NCBI RefSeq assembly: GCF_030028105.1
Contig: NC_092370.1
Span: 213,820,005-213,884,004 of the forward strand
DNA from: Mobula birostris
Taxonomy: Eukaryota
Reading direction: 5' to 3'
Length of the DNA: 64,000 bases
The notes beneath the pieces are model-generated. The model was not told where the DNA came from, did no database searches, and saw only the letters and a list, made by a program, of their open reading frames with translations. Each line of letters opens with the position of its first letter. The stretch's first letter is position 1. Positions 11,037 to 23,910 of the stretch are shown one piece after another. Made by a program: the position numbers and the translations under genes.

Positions 11037-13765
11037 ACTCTCTGAATTTTTGGGTATTTGGATTGTCATTAGATCAGGTGTGATCAATAGGGCAATTGTT
11101 TTCTGAACTCTCTGATCACTGAATACCAGGAAAGCAATTGCCTATGGAATTCACTACCAATAAAAAGTTAGCACCCTATGAATCTCATGCTAGAGGTTTC
11201 ATTATTAATGAACATGATCACAGCATCAAATGAATTAAGTTGTTAAATTTCATCATCCAAATTTCTTGCTTAATAAAGGAGAAGAAATCTACATTTAAAT
11301 CAGAGGCTGCAAAAGCTGCACCACACAACTACTAGCATTTACAAAAAGTGAAGTGATAAGCGTTTTGAACGAAGCACTTTCTCAGAATGGGAAATCGAGA
11401 TCTCAGCAAACATTCCAATGAGGTTGGAAATAAAAGGGGAGATAAAATATATGGAGAGATGAGGTTTGCACTTTTGTATAAGCTGCTTAGGGGAAAATTA
11501 AATGTGGGAAATGACAACTGGAGGAGAAAAACAGAATTAATAATTAGAAGTCTTCAAGGATAGTTTGTGCAGAAGACAACAAGATTGTGTCATTATTTTT
11601 GCTGTTAGGAGCGAGCAAAACAGATATTAGTTATTGGTTCTGCAAAGCTCTTCGTTAGTGCCTGCATAGTCAGAATGGAAGAGTAGGCCTTACTATTCTC
11701 TGAATATAATCAGGCTGATTTTGTGTCTGGTCTACCCATCCTGTTTGATCTGCTATGCACTTAGCATCGAAAAATCTACCAAACTCTGTCTTGATAACTG
11801 AGCATTCATGGCGCTCTGTCAAGATGTGATAGGTTTACAACCCTCCAAAAAATGCAGCCTCACTTAAGTGTCTGACCCCTTACTTTGGAATCAATCCCTT
11901 TTGTTGTGGTCCCAGCAGCCAAAGGAAATAGCTTCTCAATATCTGAACGGCTTGCATTTATTATGAGGCACATTGCAACAGCATAATCTGTTTTTCATGA
12001 GTACATTCAGAAATAACAACATCAACTTGAAGAGATCAAAAAGGCTTCAAAATATTTGCAGAAGTGCTTTTCTTGATGAATGTCTAATGTTTTCAATTTG
12101 ACAAGGCTGTCACTGCCCAGAAATGCTCCACTGCCTTCAACGATGAAGGAATGGCACTTGTCATTCATTCCGTACAAAGGCACCATCAAATCCAGTTTGT
12201 ACTAAATTATGTATTTGACTCATTCCATCATTGCTCTCAAACTGATTTTTCAAATTACTTTGATCGCAAATTTAGATAGTATTTCCGAAAAGTATGTCTG
12301 TTGTCTATTGCTGTGCTTTCAACTACCTCATAATTCTTTTCCTCCTGCTTACATCTAACTTTTACCTGTGAGGAATTTTGAGCTGATTTGCTACATACAA
12401 GACACTATACAAAAAAAAAACATTCTTCTAATTGAAATTTGGTTCATCAAATGCAAATTACATCAAATATCTGGCGCAATGAAAAATGAAAATGAAATTC
12501 TTCCCAGAATTGAGTTTGACATACATCAGGTGCCAGACTCAGCTGGTTTTCAGTTGAGTGAGAAGCTTGATCATGTATGTACATTGGGACCAGGTTGTTA
12601 CTTGGGAGTGGGGTTTGTATCTCCATGCTAATCTCTTTCTTCTTTTGTGTTTCAACTCAAAATCAAATAGGTAGGGTTAGAATAGTTTAGATAGACTAAA
12701 TGGCAGCACCCAGAGCATTAAGCAGCTTGCTCCTTCCAGTCATTGGTGCTGGCCCTTACAGCTTGAGAGTAACTTTTAGTATGTTACTGTACTACCCCTT
12801 TTGGCTTCCGTCCATGAACCGGCCAATGAAAAGCAAGAAGGTGGTCATGAGTGTACTCGGTGATAAACTTTGTTTTTGTCCAGAAGTGATCTAGATTTTT
12901 AAAAAAAATCTCACCCAGTCAATATTGGATACCGATGCCAAATGGTGCATCCGATCAGATGAAGTGAATGTCTTCAGTCAGGGAAATGGGATGTGGGCAG
13001 TCATGCAATATTGTCCGACCTAGGTCTGGAAGCACATCTCATCAGTCTCATATCTTCCACACGGGACCGATCATACTGTTGTACAGAAGCCTCAGTCAGC
13101 ATAAAACAAATGCATTGGACAACGATTCACGGGGCCCTAATGATTTAGAGATTTGAGTACTTTGTCAGCTTAATGACGGCAAGGAACAGCTCTTGATTTT
13201 GTTCCTGACACTTTCCTTGCATCTGCCTGGCAATTACGCACCCTGCTCTGAATGGAAGCTGCACTACATTTCCAGGAGGATCATATCACTGAGGGGAGAT
13301 AAGTACAGGCCAACGTGGAGTAGGCCATTCCAGACCTTCAAGTTGCACTACTCCAGCAACCTCTGATTCACCCCTAGCCTAATCACCGGACAATTTACAA
13401 CAACCAATTATGTAGTTTCATGTAACTTTGCATTAGATCAATGGAAATTCTTGTAGGAGAAGCAAAAGCAACTTTTTTTTAAAAAAAACAGAGAATTCCT
13501 CAATTGTCTACTTATGACTGAAACTTTTGAACTGAAAACTTAATCTGAATGGCAGATTTCATAATATCCTGAGAAAGAATTGGGAACTGAGCATAGTCAT
13601 AGGCCCTGGATCTGAAATCACTTGAAAACTGAAATTCCTATGTTAAGGAAGTGGTGAGAATTACAGAGTTTCTTTGCTCTTTTAAATCGCTGTTACCAGT
13701 CCAGGCAGCATTGCTGTTTGCTCTGCCAATTTGGTCAAAGTGAGATGTGTCAATCCGTGCTTATG

Positions 13766-13992
13766 ATTATGAAGACACGTAGTCCTCTTTTATTGTCATT
13801 GAGTAATGCATGCATTAAGAAATGATATATTATTTCTCCTGGTGTGATATCACAAAACACAGGACAAACCAAGACTGAAAAAACTGACAAAACCACATAA
13901 TTATAACGTATAGTTACAAACAGTGTAACAATACCATAACTTGGTGAAGTCCATGAGCACAGTCAAGTTCAAAGTTTCTCAAATGTCCCACA
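13766..13992 (-). mobile_element. 5'-truncated copy 3 of the non-autonomous LINE-derived element
   Basis: Reverse complement of the 3' end of 6616-7290; hairpin at 13771-13787; possible TTATG TSD (13761-13765 / 13993-13997). Confidence 0.7.
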
Positions 13993-14067
13993 TTATGTGT
14001 GTTAGCAGAGACTAACTTACTGTTATTGATACAAAAAATAAAGTTTACTCTATTGGTGCATGTAATA

Positions 14068-14960
14068 GGGCGGCATTGTGTTACAGCTCTTTACAATATC
14101 AATGATCACCAATCAGGGTTCGATTCCTACCAAAGTTCAAATTTCAAAGTAAATTTATTATCAAAGTACATACTGTGTAGTTACCATGTATTATACAACC
14201 CTGAGCTTTGTATTCTTGTTGGCATACTTAGTAAATCCAATAACCAAAACAGAATTAACGAAAGACCACACCAAGTGGGCAGACAACCAGTGTGCAAATA
14301 CAAACAAAGAAAAAAATTAATAAATAAAACAATTGAATAAATAAATAATAAATAATCAATAAATACAGTTCAGTGATTGGGCAAGTGAAATTGATTGAAA
14401 TTATCCCCTCTGGTTCAAGGATTTGATGGCTGAGAGGTAATAACTGTTCCTGAATTTGGCGGTGTGAGTCCTGAGACTCCTGTACCTTCTTCCTGTTGGC
14501 ACAGTGAGAAAAGAGCATGACCTGGGTGGTGGGGGTTCCTGATGGTCAATGCTGCTGTCTGCAAGTAGTTTGTATGTTCTCCCCTGTTTTGTGTATGAGA
14601 TTTGTTATGTCACCAAAGGCACTCACAGATTTCTTCAAAGAGCAATACCTCAAAAAGGCGGCCTCCATCATTGAGAACCCCCATAACCCAGCACATGCTT
14701 TCTTCCTTCTGTTCATTGCTACCATCAGGGAAGAGGTACATAAGCCTGTAGGCACACATTCAGCAACTCATGAACAGCTTCTTCCCTTCTGCCACCTGAT
14801 TTCTGAATGGACATTGAACCCATGAACACGACCTCACTATTCCTTTTGTACTAGTTATTTAATTTAACTGTTTTATCTATCTACATATATATATAAAACC
14901 TGATTCTGATTCTCCGGGTAATCCAGTATCCTCCCTCATTCCAAAGATGTAGAGTTAGGT
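14068..14960 (+). mobile_element. tRNA-derived V-SINE (HE1-like) split by Rex-type insertions (14132-14550 minus; about 14640-14880 plus)
   Basis: B-box-like GGGTTCGATTCC near 14115-14127; V-domain-like GCTGTCTGCAAGTAGTTTGTATGTTCTCCCC after 14550; CTCCGGG...TCCTCCCTCATTCCAAAGATGT near 14912-14950. Confidence 0.55.
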
Positions 14961-14964
14961 TTAG

Positions 14965-15590
14965 TGTGGCCTCCTGTATATTGGTGAGACCCAACGTAGA
15001 TTGGGAGACTGCTTCGCTGGGCACCTACCAAAAAAAAGTGGGATCTCCCGGTAGCCACCATTTCAATTCTAATTCCCATGGCCTCCCCTATTGCCTTGAT
15101 GAGACCACACTCAGGTTGGAGGAGCAACACCTTATATTGAGTTTGGGTTGCCTCCAACCTGATGGCAAGAACAGTGATTTCTCAAATCTCCGGTAACCCC
15201 CACCCCCTTCCCCATTCCCATTTCCCTCTCTTACCTTTTTCCTTACCTGCTCCTTCTCCTTCCTTGTCTGCCATGGTCTTCTACCCTTTCCCATCAGACT
15301 ACCCCACCTCCAGCCCTTTATCTCTTTCACCTATCAACTTTCCAGTTCTTTACTCACCCTCTCCGCCCCTTCCGGTTTCACATATCACCTACCACCTTGT
15401 ACTCCTTCTTACCCTCAACCCACCTTATTGCTCTGACTTCTCATTTATTCTCTAGTCCTGATGAAGGGTCTCAGCCTGAAACATCAACTGTTCATTCTTT
15501 TCCATAGATGCTGCCTGGCCTGCTGAGTTCCTCCAGCATTTTGTGTGCGTGTTGCTTTGTATTTCCAGCACCTGCAGATTTTCTCATGTC
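14965..15590 (+). mobile_element. PLE 3' fragment (GIY-YIG tail and terminal module)
   Basis: HHFNSNSHGL.YC.DETTLRLEEQHLILSLGCLQPDG; hammerhead CTGATGA...GAAACATC at 15454-15489. Confidence 0.82.
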
Positions 15591-15594
15591 TGGG

Positions 15595-16275
15595 TATAAA
15601 CAGTCAACATTTTGAACCGAGACCCCCTCAACAGGACTGGAAAAAAAAGGGGGCAGAAGCCAGAATAAGAAGGCAGGTGTAGGGGAAGATGTCCAAGCTG
15701 CCATGAGTTAGGAAACTCGGCTGGGGGAGGGAGAATGAAGTAAGAAGCAGGAAGGTGTTGTGGAGGAGGTAAAAGGTTGAAGGAGGAATCTAATAGGAGA
15801 GGACAGAGGACAGAGGATCAGGGGAAAGGGAAGGGGAAGAGAAGAATGCCCATGGCCTCCTCTACTACCATGATGAGGCCAAGCTCAGGTTGGAAGAGCA
15901 ATGCTTCATATTCTGTTTGCGTAGCTGCCAACCTGATGGCATGAAAATCTCCATCTTCATCTATTCACTCCACTCTCTCTCCTTCTGTTTTTTTTTCATT
16001 CCTCGTTATTATTATCCGTTCTCCCCTTCTCTTCTCCTCACCTGCAGCTTCTTACTTCATCTCTCTCCCCCATCCATCCAATTTTCCCCTCACCTGGTCT
16101 CAAATCACCTGCCAACCTGTACTCCTTCCCTTCTCTCCACCTTCTTATTTTCGGCTTCTGTTCCCTTCCCCTCCCAGTCCTGGTGAAGGGTCTCAGCCCC
16201 AAAAGTCAACTGCTTCGGAGCCAAGACTCTTCAAAGATGCTGCCCGCCTTGTTGAATTCCTCCAGCATTTTGTGC
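15595..16275. mobile_element. Inverted PLE pair: minus terminal module (15595-15845) joined to plus 3' fragment (15848-16275)
   Basis: Decayed hammerheads at 15601-15638 (minus) and 16176-16211 (plus); LEEQCFIFCLRSCQPDGM endonuclease tail. Confidence 0.7.
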
Positions 16276-16847
16276 CGATACTTTTCGCAGCAACCCTTTG
16301 CTGTGATATTATCTAGAGTAAACCCCTTTAAGTGACATCATATTTTTTCCACTTTAATTGTCCTTAGCATTTCATTTTTTTCCTCATTTTTATTCAATAG
16401 CATACTTATGTGAAGAAATAACTGATAAAATGGTGATGGCTGCAGCAATTAGTTGCTCAGGAGGAAGCCCTGGTTAAACCAAAAATAGAATCCATCAATA
16501 TGTGTTTGTCATTTACAAGCTGAGACTTGAGTCGTTGCTCACAATAATGAATACTGTTACCATCTGTGATGACACTGCTGTTCTTGGATAAAGTGTATTT
16601 TATTGTTAATTTGTTTGTCATTGTCATGTCCTGCTATCAGTGCTCCTCTTTTTACTGGGTTACTCTTCTGGAAAGCTTCAGCAATGGAAGTCAAGTAAGG
16701 AACTTTGTAGAAGGTAGTATAATTATCTTGATTAGATATGGGTTAGTGAAATTAGTTAACTTGTTCTGCATGTTTTTAATTACTGCTAATACAAAAGAAA
16801 ATTCTGCAGGTGCCGTAAATTTGAAAAACAAAAGGAAATGATGGAAG

Positions 16848-17512
16848 CAAACACAAGAAAATCTGCAGATGCTGGAAATCCACAGCAACACACAGGGAAA
16901 ATGCTGGAGGAACTCAGCAGGCCAGGTAGCGTCCATGGAAAAGAGTAAACATTCACCGTTATGGCCAAGACCCTTCATCAGGAAGGGGAGAGCTCAGAGC
17001 AAGAAGTTGGGGGGAGGAGAGGAAGAAGTACAAAGTGGCAGCTGATAGATGAAACTGAGAGAGGCGGAGGGGTGAAAGATGAAGTAAAGAGCTGGGAAGT
17101 TGATTGGTGAAAGAGATAAAGGACTGCAGAAGGGGGGATCTGATAGGAGAGGACAACAGACCATTAAAGAAAGGGGAAGGGGGAAGGAGCACCAGAGGGA
17201 GGAGATGGTCAGGTAATGAGATAAGGTGAATGAGGGAACAGGAACAGGAAATGATGAAGGAGAGGAGGGAGGGGGCAACTACCGGAAGTCTGAGAAATAG
17301 ATGTTCACGCCGTCATGTTGGAAGCTACCCGGAGAGAATATAAGGTGTTGCTCCTTCAACCTGAGTGTGGCCTCATCGTGGCAGTGGAGGAGAGCACGAA
17401 CTGACGTGTCGGAATCAGAATGGGAAGTAGAATTGAAATGGGTGGCTACTGGGAGATCCAACTTTTTGTGGCGGATGGAGTGAAGGTGCTTGACGAAGCG
17501 GTCTCCCAATCT
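16848..17512 (-). mobile_element. PLE 3' fragment
   Basis: ORF 17279-17593 RLGDRFVKHL...PVATHFNSTSHS...LRLKEQHLIF; decayed hammerhead at about 16950-16984. Confidence 0.85.
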
Positions 17513-17524
17513 ATGATGAAAGCA

Positions 17525-17700
17525 TTTCGATTCAGATTCATTTATCACATGTACATGGAAACACAAGTTAAAATGCATTGCTCGCGTACACAAACAACAC
17601 TACGTAAAGGTGTGCTGGGGGCAGCCCACAAGTGCCTCCACACATTCTGGTGCTAAGACAGCATGCCTGGCAGAACAACACAGAACATAACAAACAAATT
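17525..17700 (-). mobile_element. Unclassified non-LTR/SINE-like 3' fragment; related pieces at about 2695-2925 and 26825-27790
   Basis: Shared (GATTCA)n terminus and CAAGTGT..CCAC...AGCAT..CC...GCAGAACAACACAGA block at three loci. Confidence 0.5.
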
Positions 17701-18660
17701 TCCCTCCATTGTGACTATCAGTCCCACTGGTATGTAAAAAAGGCCGTTATTTCATTCACAGAGAAGCCAGATTTTGTCCGCAGCACTCATATTAGGACCA
17801 ACATTCAAACTGTCTTTGGTCTCACTGGTATCTTTGATTCGCAATAACTTCAAGAGCAGACTGGACTAATGTGACCTATAGATCAAGGCCATAATCACCA
17901 TCAGCCTAGGGACCATTCCAGCCTAGTTCTGCTCTGGTCCCTGCTGCATCTTACAGACTGCAGCTCAGTGCTGCATTAAACAGAATACCCAAACTCCCGA
18001 AAATCCTTCGATTGTATCCTTATCTTATCTTGGTATGCCTGGTGAACTTGCTTCTCAGGCTCGAGCAGAAAAGGCTGTACAAAGGGGAGTCAAGCTCTCA
18101 AAAGTTTTGTTCCGCATTAGACTGGACACTGTCTGCACTCTGCTCTGTCAGCATGCCATTTTAACCTTGCCTGATTGTCACTTCCACACTGGTGTTACTC
18201 TTTAGAGAGACCTCCCTAGCAAGCTTCTGAAAGGGAGTCAAGGGGACAGCATTTCGGTAATTAGAACATCACATAAGGCACTAAAGGAACTCAACGGGAC
18301 CACCACATCTATGAATGTAAATGGATAGTTGGCACTTTGGTGTTGAGACCCCTCATTTGGAACCTCTGACTTCCAATATCTTCAAGAACATTCTTACATT
18401 CATGGCTGAACTAATGTGCCCTGTAGATCAAGGCCGAAACCACTCCCAGTTTCCTGGTTTAGGAATCATTTCAGGATGTTTCTGATGAAGGTTCTTGACC
18501 CAAAACATTAACAGTCCAATTCCCTCCATAGAAGCTGCCTGACCAACTAAGTTCCTCCTTACATTTTTCTTCTGCAAAGAGTTCCTGGTTTAATGGTGGA
18601 GGATCTCTATGGTCCTCTTGGATATACTTGTATCCTACTTTCTGTTCACCACTGCATTAA

Positions 18661-19288
18661 GGGAGGGAGGAGAAGATGGCAGCACAACGCAGCGCGTATA
18701 GCGTCTCCAGTGAAATGAGATTGTATCTGTTAAATAGAGTACTGTGCACAATTCTGATTTGATGGAGACAGCCATGAGAGCACGGAGGAACATCTGGAGT
18801 AACTTCTGAAATGCCCGGTTCGCTGCCGCTGCTACTGTGCAATCGAGAATCTCCAGAGGGAAGGCCCCAAAATCCTCGGCTTTGTCTGCTGCTGGCGACC
18901 GGGGCTGAGGTTGAAGTGTTCGGCAGAGATGGGGCTCGGTGCTCGGTGTCGGAGGGCTGGTCGGAGCTCGAAGTTTTTGGATGACTCAGAGTCGGACTGT
19001 GGTCGGGTATGGCAGGGAGAGTTTTCTTCCTTCTCCCATCTGTGTGAGATGTGGGACTTTCGAGAGACTTCAAACTTTTTACCGTGTTAATGGCCTGTTC
19101 TTCATCAAGTTACAGTATTGTTTGCACTGTTGTAACTATATGTTATAATTATGTGGTTTTTGTCAGTTTTTCAGTCTTGGTCTGTCCTGTGTTTCTGTGA
19201 TGTCACACCGGAGGAATATTGTATCATTTCTTAGTGCATGCATTACTAAATGACAATAAAAGGGGACTGCGTGTCCTCATAATCTAAT
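18661..19288 (+). mobile_element. Non-autonomous LINE-derived element, copy 2
   Basis: 5' GGGAGGGAGGAGAAGATGGCAG; body colinear with 6616-7290; hairpin GGGGAC-TGCGT-GTCCTC (19262-19278) then ATAATCTAA. Confidence 0.75.
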
Positions 19289-19779
19289 TTTCTGGAAGCG
19301 CTATCCTGTTCCTCTTACATTTGAGGTAGATGGTAAAGTGCTGTGCTTTGTTGAGTAGTCCCCTTGGGAGCCATCTACTGAGATTCTGTTGCTAGACTGG
19401 GTGCTAATTGATGGTAGCTGAGTTGACTAAGGCTTTACTACTTGGTACAAGAATTATAGATAGGATGAACACACAGTCTTTTTTCCAGGTAAAGAACCAA
19501 AAACTAGAGGGCAAAGGTTTAAGGGGTGAGAGGGGAGAGAATTAAAAGGGACTTAAGGGGCAGTTTCTTCATGGAGATTGTGGTCTACCAGCCAGCAGAG
19601 AGAGTAGTTGAGCCAGGTACAGTAATGACATTGACGAAAGAGGCAGCATTATATCGGAAAGCCAATGGTGCTATTCTAGGAACTTTACAAGTGAAAATTA
19701 CAATGTTTATGGGGCTTTTAGAAACAACATTAGAGTTGGAATCAGTGGCTAAATTATGGGGTTGATAATAGACCATCTC

Positions 19780-20040
19780 CTCAACCTCTGCAATGTTTCA
19801 TTAGAGGAAATTTCTGCTGATACAATTCGATGGTTGACAGGTAGACTGACAATTTAAGAGGCAATGGAGTCATCAAGACCGTTGGTGATAGGCAGAACTG
19901 AGTGTCATCAGCATTTATGTGGAAAGGTGCTGTACCCAAGACTGAGATTGGTGTGGAGCAGCATTGAGATGACAAACAGGAGGGGCCCGATGACAGATCT
20001 TCAGTGAAGCCAATAGATTTTGCATGGGATTGATAAAACA
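19780..20040 (-). mobile_element. Old L2-like RT fragment
   Basis: P.SVLG...FHINADDTQFCLS resembles L2 PQGSVLGP / FHxYADDTQLYLS. Confidence 0.5.
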
Positions 20041-20659
20041 TAATTTTACTGAGGAATTTTAATGGAACTTTTCACGACTTCTTCCTGATTATCCAGTAAG
20101 TACAGTGGGATTCTGCTGCATGGTCTACTGTTAATATTTTATTGGAGTTGATATGACACAGCAACAGACCCTTCAGCCCATTGAGTTCACACTAACCACC
20201 ACGCACACATTTTACATTGATATTCCCTAACCTATTTTATCAACCCACATCCCCAATAACTACCCCACCGCTGCCCCTTCCCCCAACATATTCAAAATCT
20301 TACAATTCATACGCATATTAGAAGAAATTTACAATAGGGTTGATAGGATAGTCTATCAAACCTACCTAGTTCCTTCTGTCCATCACCCATGACCCTGTGT
20401 TTCTCCTCCTACCTGGGCTTCTCCTTCTCTATCCCCTCTCCCAATTGGTTCTATTCTCCCATTCGTTCCTCCCTCAGCTGGTTCCATCTATTAGCCGCCA
20501 GACTCTGTCTCATCCCCCCTTTCTAACACCTTTATGCTGCCTATCTTCCCTCCATGCAAGGTCAAAACACAACCCTTTGACTACATGCATGCAGCTTGGC
20601 CTGCTGAGTTCTTCCAGTTGTTTGTTTTATGCCCCATATTCCAACTTCGCTTGTGTTTC

Positions 20660-22550
20660 CAAAGTTCAAAGTACAAAGTAAATTAATTATCAAAATACAT
20701 ATATGTCACCATATACAACCCAGAGATTCATTTTCTTGCAGGCATACACAATAAATCCAATAACCATAATAGAATCAATGAAAGACTGCAACAACAAGGC
20801 CAACAACCAGTGTGCAAAAGACACCAAACTGTGCCAGTATAAAAATAAAGAGAAAAAAATAATAGTAATAAATAAATAAATCAGCAATAAATATCAAGAA
20901 CATGAGATGAGGAGTCCTTCAGTCCATAGGTTTTGGGAACAGTTCAGTGATGGGACAAGTGAAGTTGAGTGAAGTTATTTCCTCTGGTTCTAATAACTGT
21001 TCTTGAACTTGGGGGTATGATTTCATATAACCATAAAACAATTACAGCACAGAAACAGGCCATCTCGGCCCTACTAGTCTGTGCCGATTGCTTACTCTCA
21101 CCTAGTCCCACCGATCTGCACTCAGCCCATAACCCTCCATTCCTTTCCTGTCCATATAGCTATCCAATTTTACTTTAAGTGATAATATCAAGCCTGCGTC
21201 TACCACTTCTACTGGAAACTCGTTCCACACAACTACCACTCTGAGTAAAGAAGTTCCCCCTCGTGTTACCGCTAAACATTTGCCCCCTAACTCTCAACTC
21301 ATGTCCTGAAGCTCCTCTACATTCTTCTTGCAACAGCAGGAAGAGAGCATGATCTGGGTGGTGAGAGTCCTGATGGGGGATTCTGCTTTCCTGAGACAAT
21401 GTTCCATGTAGATGTGCTCAGTAATGGTGAGGGCTTTACCCATGATGAACGGGGCCATTCAAGAGCACTGATGTTTCCATCAAAGCTTGTGTTATAGCCA
21501 GTCAATATACTCTCCATTACACGTCTAGAGACATTTGTCAAAGTTTTAGACGTCATGCCAAATCTTTGTAAACTCTTTAGGAAGTAGAAGCACTGATGTG
21601 CTTTCTTCATTATTGCACTTACTGTGTGTGTTGGGCTCAGGACAGGACTTCCAAAATGATAACTTTGAGGAATTTAAAGTTGCTGACTCTTTCCACCTCT
21701 GATCCCCTGATAAGGACTGGCTCATGTGCCTCCAGTTTCCTCCTCCTGAGGTCGATAATCTGCTCTTTGGTCATGCTAAAATTGAGTAAGAGGTTCTTGT
21801 TGTAGCACCACTCAGCCAGATTTTCAATCTCCCTCCTATATGTTGATTCGAACTGACTGGGGTCTGCAAGTGAGGAAATCGAGGATCCAATTGCACAAGA
21901 AGGTAGTGAGGCTTATTGATTCGGGGATGATAGTGTTGAACCTTGAGCTGTAGTCGATAAAGAGCATTGTGATGTATGCATTTTTGCTGTTCAGATGTTC
22001 CTGGGTTGAGTGAAGAGCTAATGAAATGGCATCTGCTGCAGGTCTGTTGCGTCGGTAGGCAAATTGGAGCGGATCCAAGCTGCTTCTCAGGCAGGAGTTG
22101 ATATGTTTCATCACCAACCTCTCAAAACACTTCATCACTGTGGACGTAAGTGCTACTGGATGACAATCATTGAGGCAGTTTACCACGTTCTTCTTAGGCA
22201 CAGGTATCACTGAAGCCTGCTTGAAGCAGGTGGCTACCTCAGACTGCCGAAGCAAGAGGTTATTGATCTCAGTGAACATTCCAGCTAGTTAATCAGCACA
22301 GGTCTTTAGTACCCAGCCAGGTACCCCATCTGGGCTTTCTGTGTGTTCACTCTCCTGAAGGATGCTCTCAATTCGGCCTCAGAGACTGAAATCACAGGAT
22401 TATCAGGGGCTGTGGGAGTTTGTGATGCTTCCTCCATGCTTTGATGGTCAAAATGAGCAAAGAAGGCATTGAGCTCATCTGGAAGTATAGCCCTTTTGTC
22501 ACCTATGTCCTTTGATTTCACTTTGTAAGAGGTATGAGCGTTCAAGCCCT
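20660..22550 (-). mobile_element. Rex1/Babar LINE fragment (RT and 3' UTR), interrupted by a CR1 3' end at 21028-21305
   Basis: ORF 21836-22279 [12 protein letters not shown]...[21 protein letters not shown]...[12 protein letters not shown]; ORF 21317-21610 KKAHQCFYFLKSLQRFG. Confidence 0.88.
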
Positions 22551-22551
22551 A

Positions 22552-22720
22552 ACAACCTACCAACCTGCACATTTTGGAGAGTGAGAGGAAACGGAAGGAA
22601 ACCCATACAGTCGTAGGCAGAACATACAAATTGCACACAAACAGCATAGGAAGGCAGGATTGAATGTGGGTCCTAGAGCTGTGAGAGAGCATCTCCACTA
22701 GTTGCATCACAGTGCCTCCT
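22552..22720 (-). mobile_element. tRNA-derived V-SINE (HE1-like) 5' part
   Basis: Minus strand GGCACTGTGATGCAACTAG...CTCACAGCTCTAGGACCCACATTCAATCC...GCTGTTTGTGTGCAATTTGTATGTTCT. Confidence 0.6.
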
Positions 22721-23239
22721 ACTGTTTGGCCTTGTATACACAGTTAATTTCCTCACACACCTGAGATACAGAACACACTGCAAGCAATCTTTGCCACTTT
22801 TGTTTGGCAAATGCACCACAGCATATGGCAAATGTTCTAATATGCCAAGATATGGATATTGAAAAGGTTACTGGTTATATAATTGCTAATCACTGCATGA
22901 ATATAATTACAACACATGCACATTTTAACTGGAGGTTTCAGATTTACTTTAGAATTTTACCTAAATGCCTAGTTAACTCATTCAGTTTAACAACAATAAT
23001 TATCATCTGTGTAATAGCATTAATATGGAAAGAATTCTGAAGGATTAAATGGCATTTTATAAAATAAATGGTGATCTCAAAGTAGGAGAATTTAGAAAGA
23101 TCACAAATATTGAAGTACAATAGTGAGGTATATCATTGTTCTGCTGATCTCTGCTTTTTGACAGATTTTGCAAGTGAAGTCCTCATAAGACTGAAATGTT
23201 AATTTCTGACACACAAACTTATTGAATGTTCTCAAAAGA

Positions 23240-23910
23240 GTTCAAATTCCAAAGTAAGTTTATTATCAAAGTATGTACATGTCACAATATACTACCTTGA
23301 GATTCATTTTCTTGCAGACATTCACAGGAAAACAGGGAAATACAATGGAATCAATGAAAAACTACACACAAAGATTGACAAACAAAATGTGCAGAAGACA
23401 AACTATACAAACAAAATTAAATGAATTATTTAATTTAAAAACCATGAGATGTAGAGTCCTTGAAAGTGAATCCATTGTTTGTGGACACAAACAACAGGAA
23501 TTCTGCAGATGCTGGAAGTTCAAGCAACGCACATCAACGTTGCTGGTGAACGCAGCAGGCCAGGCAGCATCTCTAGGAAGAGGTACAGTCGACACTTCAG
23601 GCCGAGACCCTTCGTCAGGACATTGTTTGTGGAATCAGTTTGGAGTTCATATGAGTGAGGTTATCCACACTGGTTCAGGAGTCTGGTGGATGTAGGGTAA
23701 TAACTGCTCCTGAACCTGGTGGTATGAGACAAAAGGCTGCTGTTCATCCTTCCCGATGACAACAGTGAGCAGGGAGCCTGGCATGGATGGTGGGGTCCTT
23801 GATGATGGATGCTGCTTTCTTGTGGCAGCTCTCCTGTAGCTGTGCTCAATGATGGGTTGGGCTTTACATATGATGGACTGAGTTGATCCACTACACTTTG
23901 TAGACTTTTC
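23240..23910 (-). mobile_element. Rex1/Babar 3' end, interrupted by 23486-23620
   Basis: Same 3' UTR family as 20660-21010; the sequence is continuous across the insertion. Confidence 0.75.
23486..23620 (-). mobile_element. 135-bp PLE terminal-module insertion (hammerhead and 3' structured end) with 13-bp TSD
   Basis: Perfect TSD CATTGTTTGTGGA at 23473-23485 and 23621-23633; minus strand begins (G)TCCTGACGAAGGGTCTCGGCCTGAAGTGTCGACT. Confidence 0.85.
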
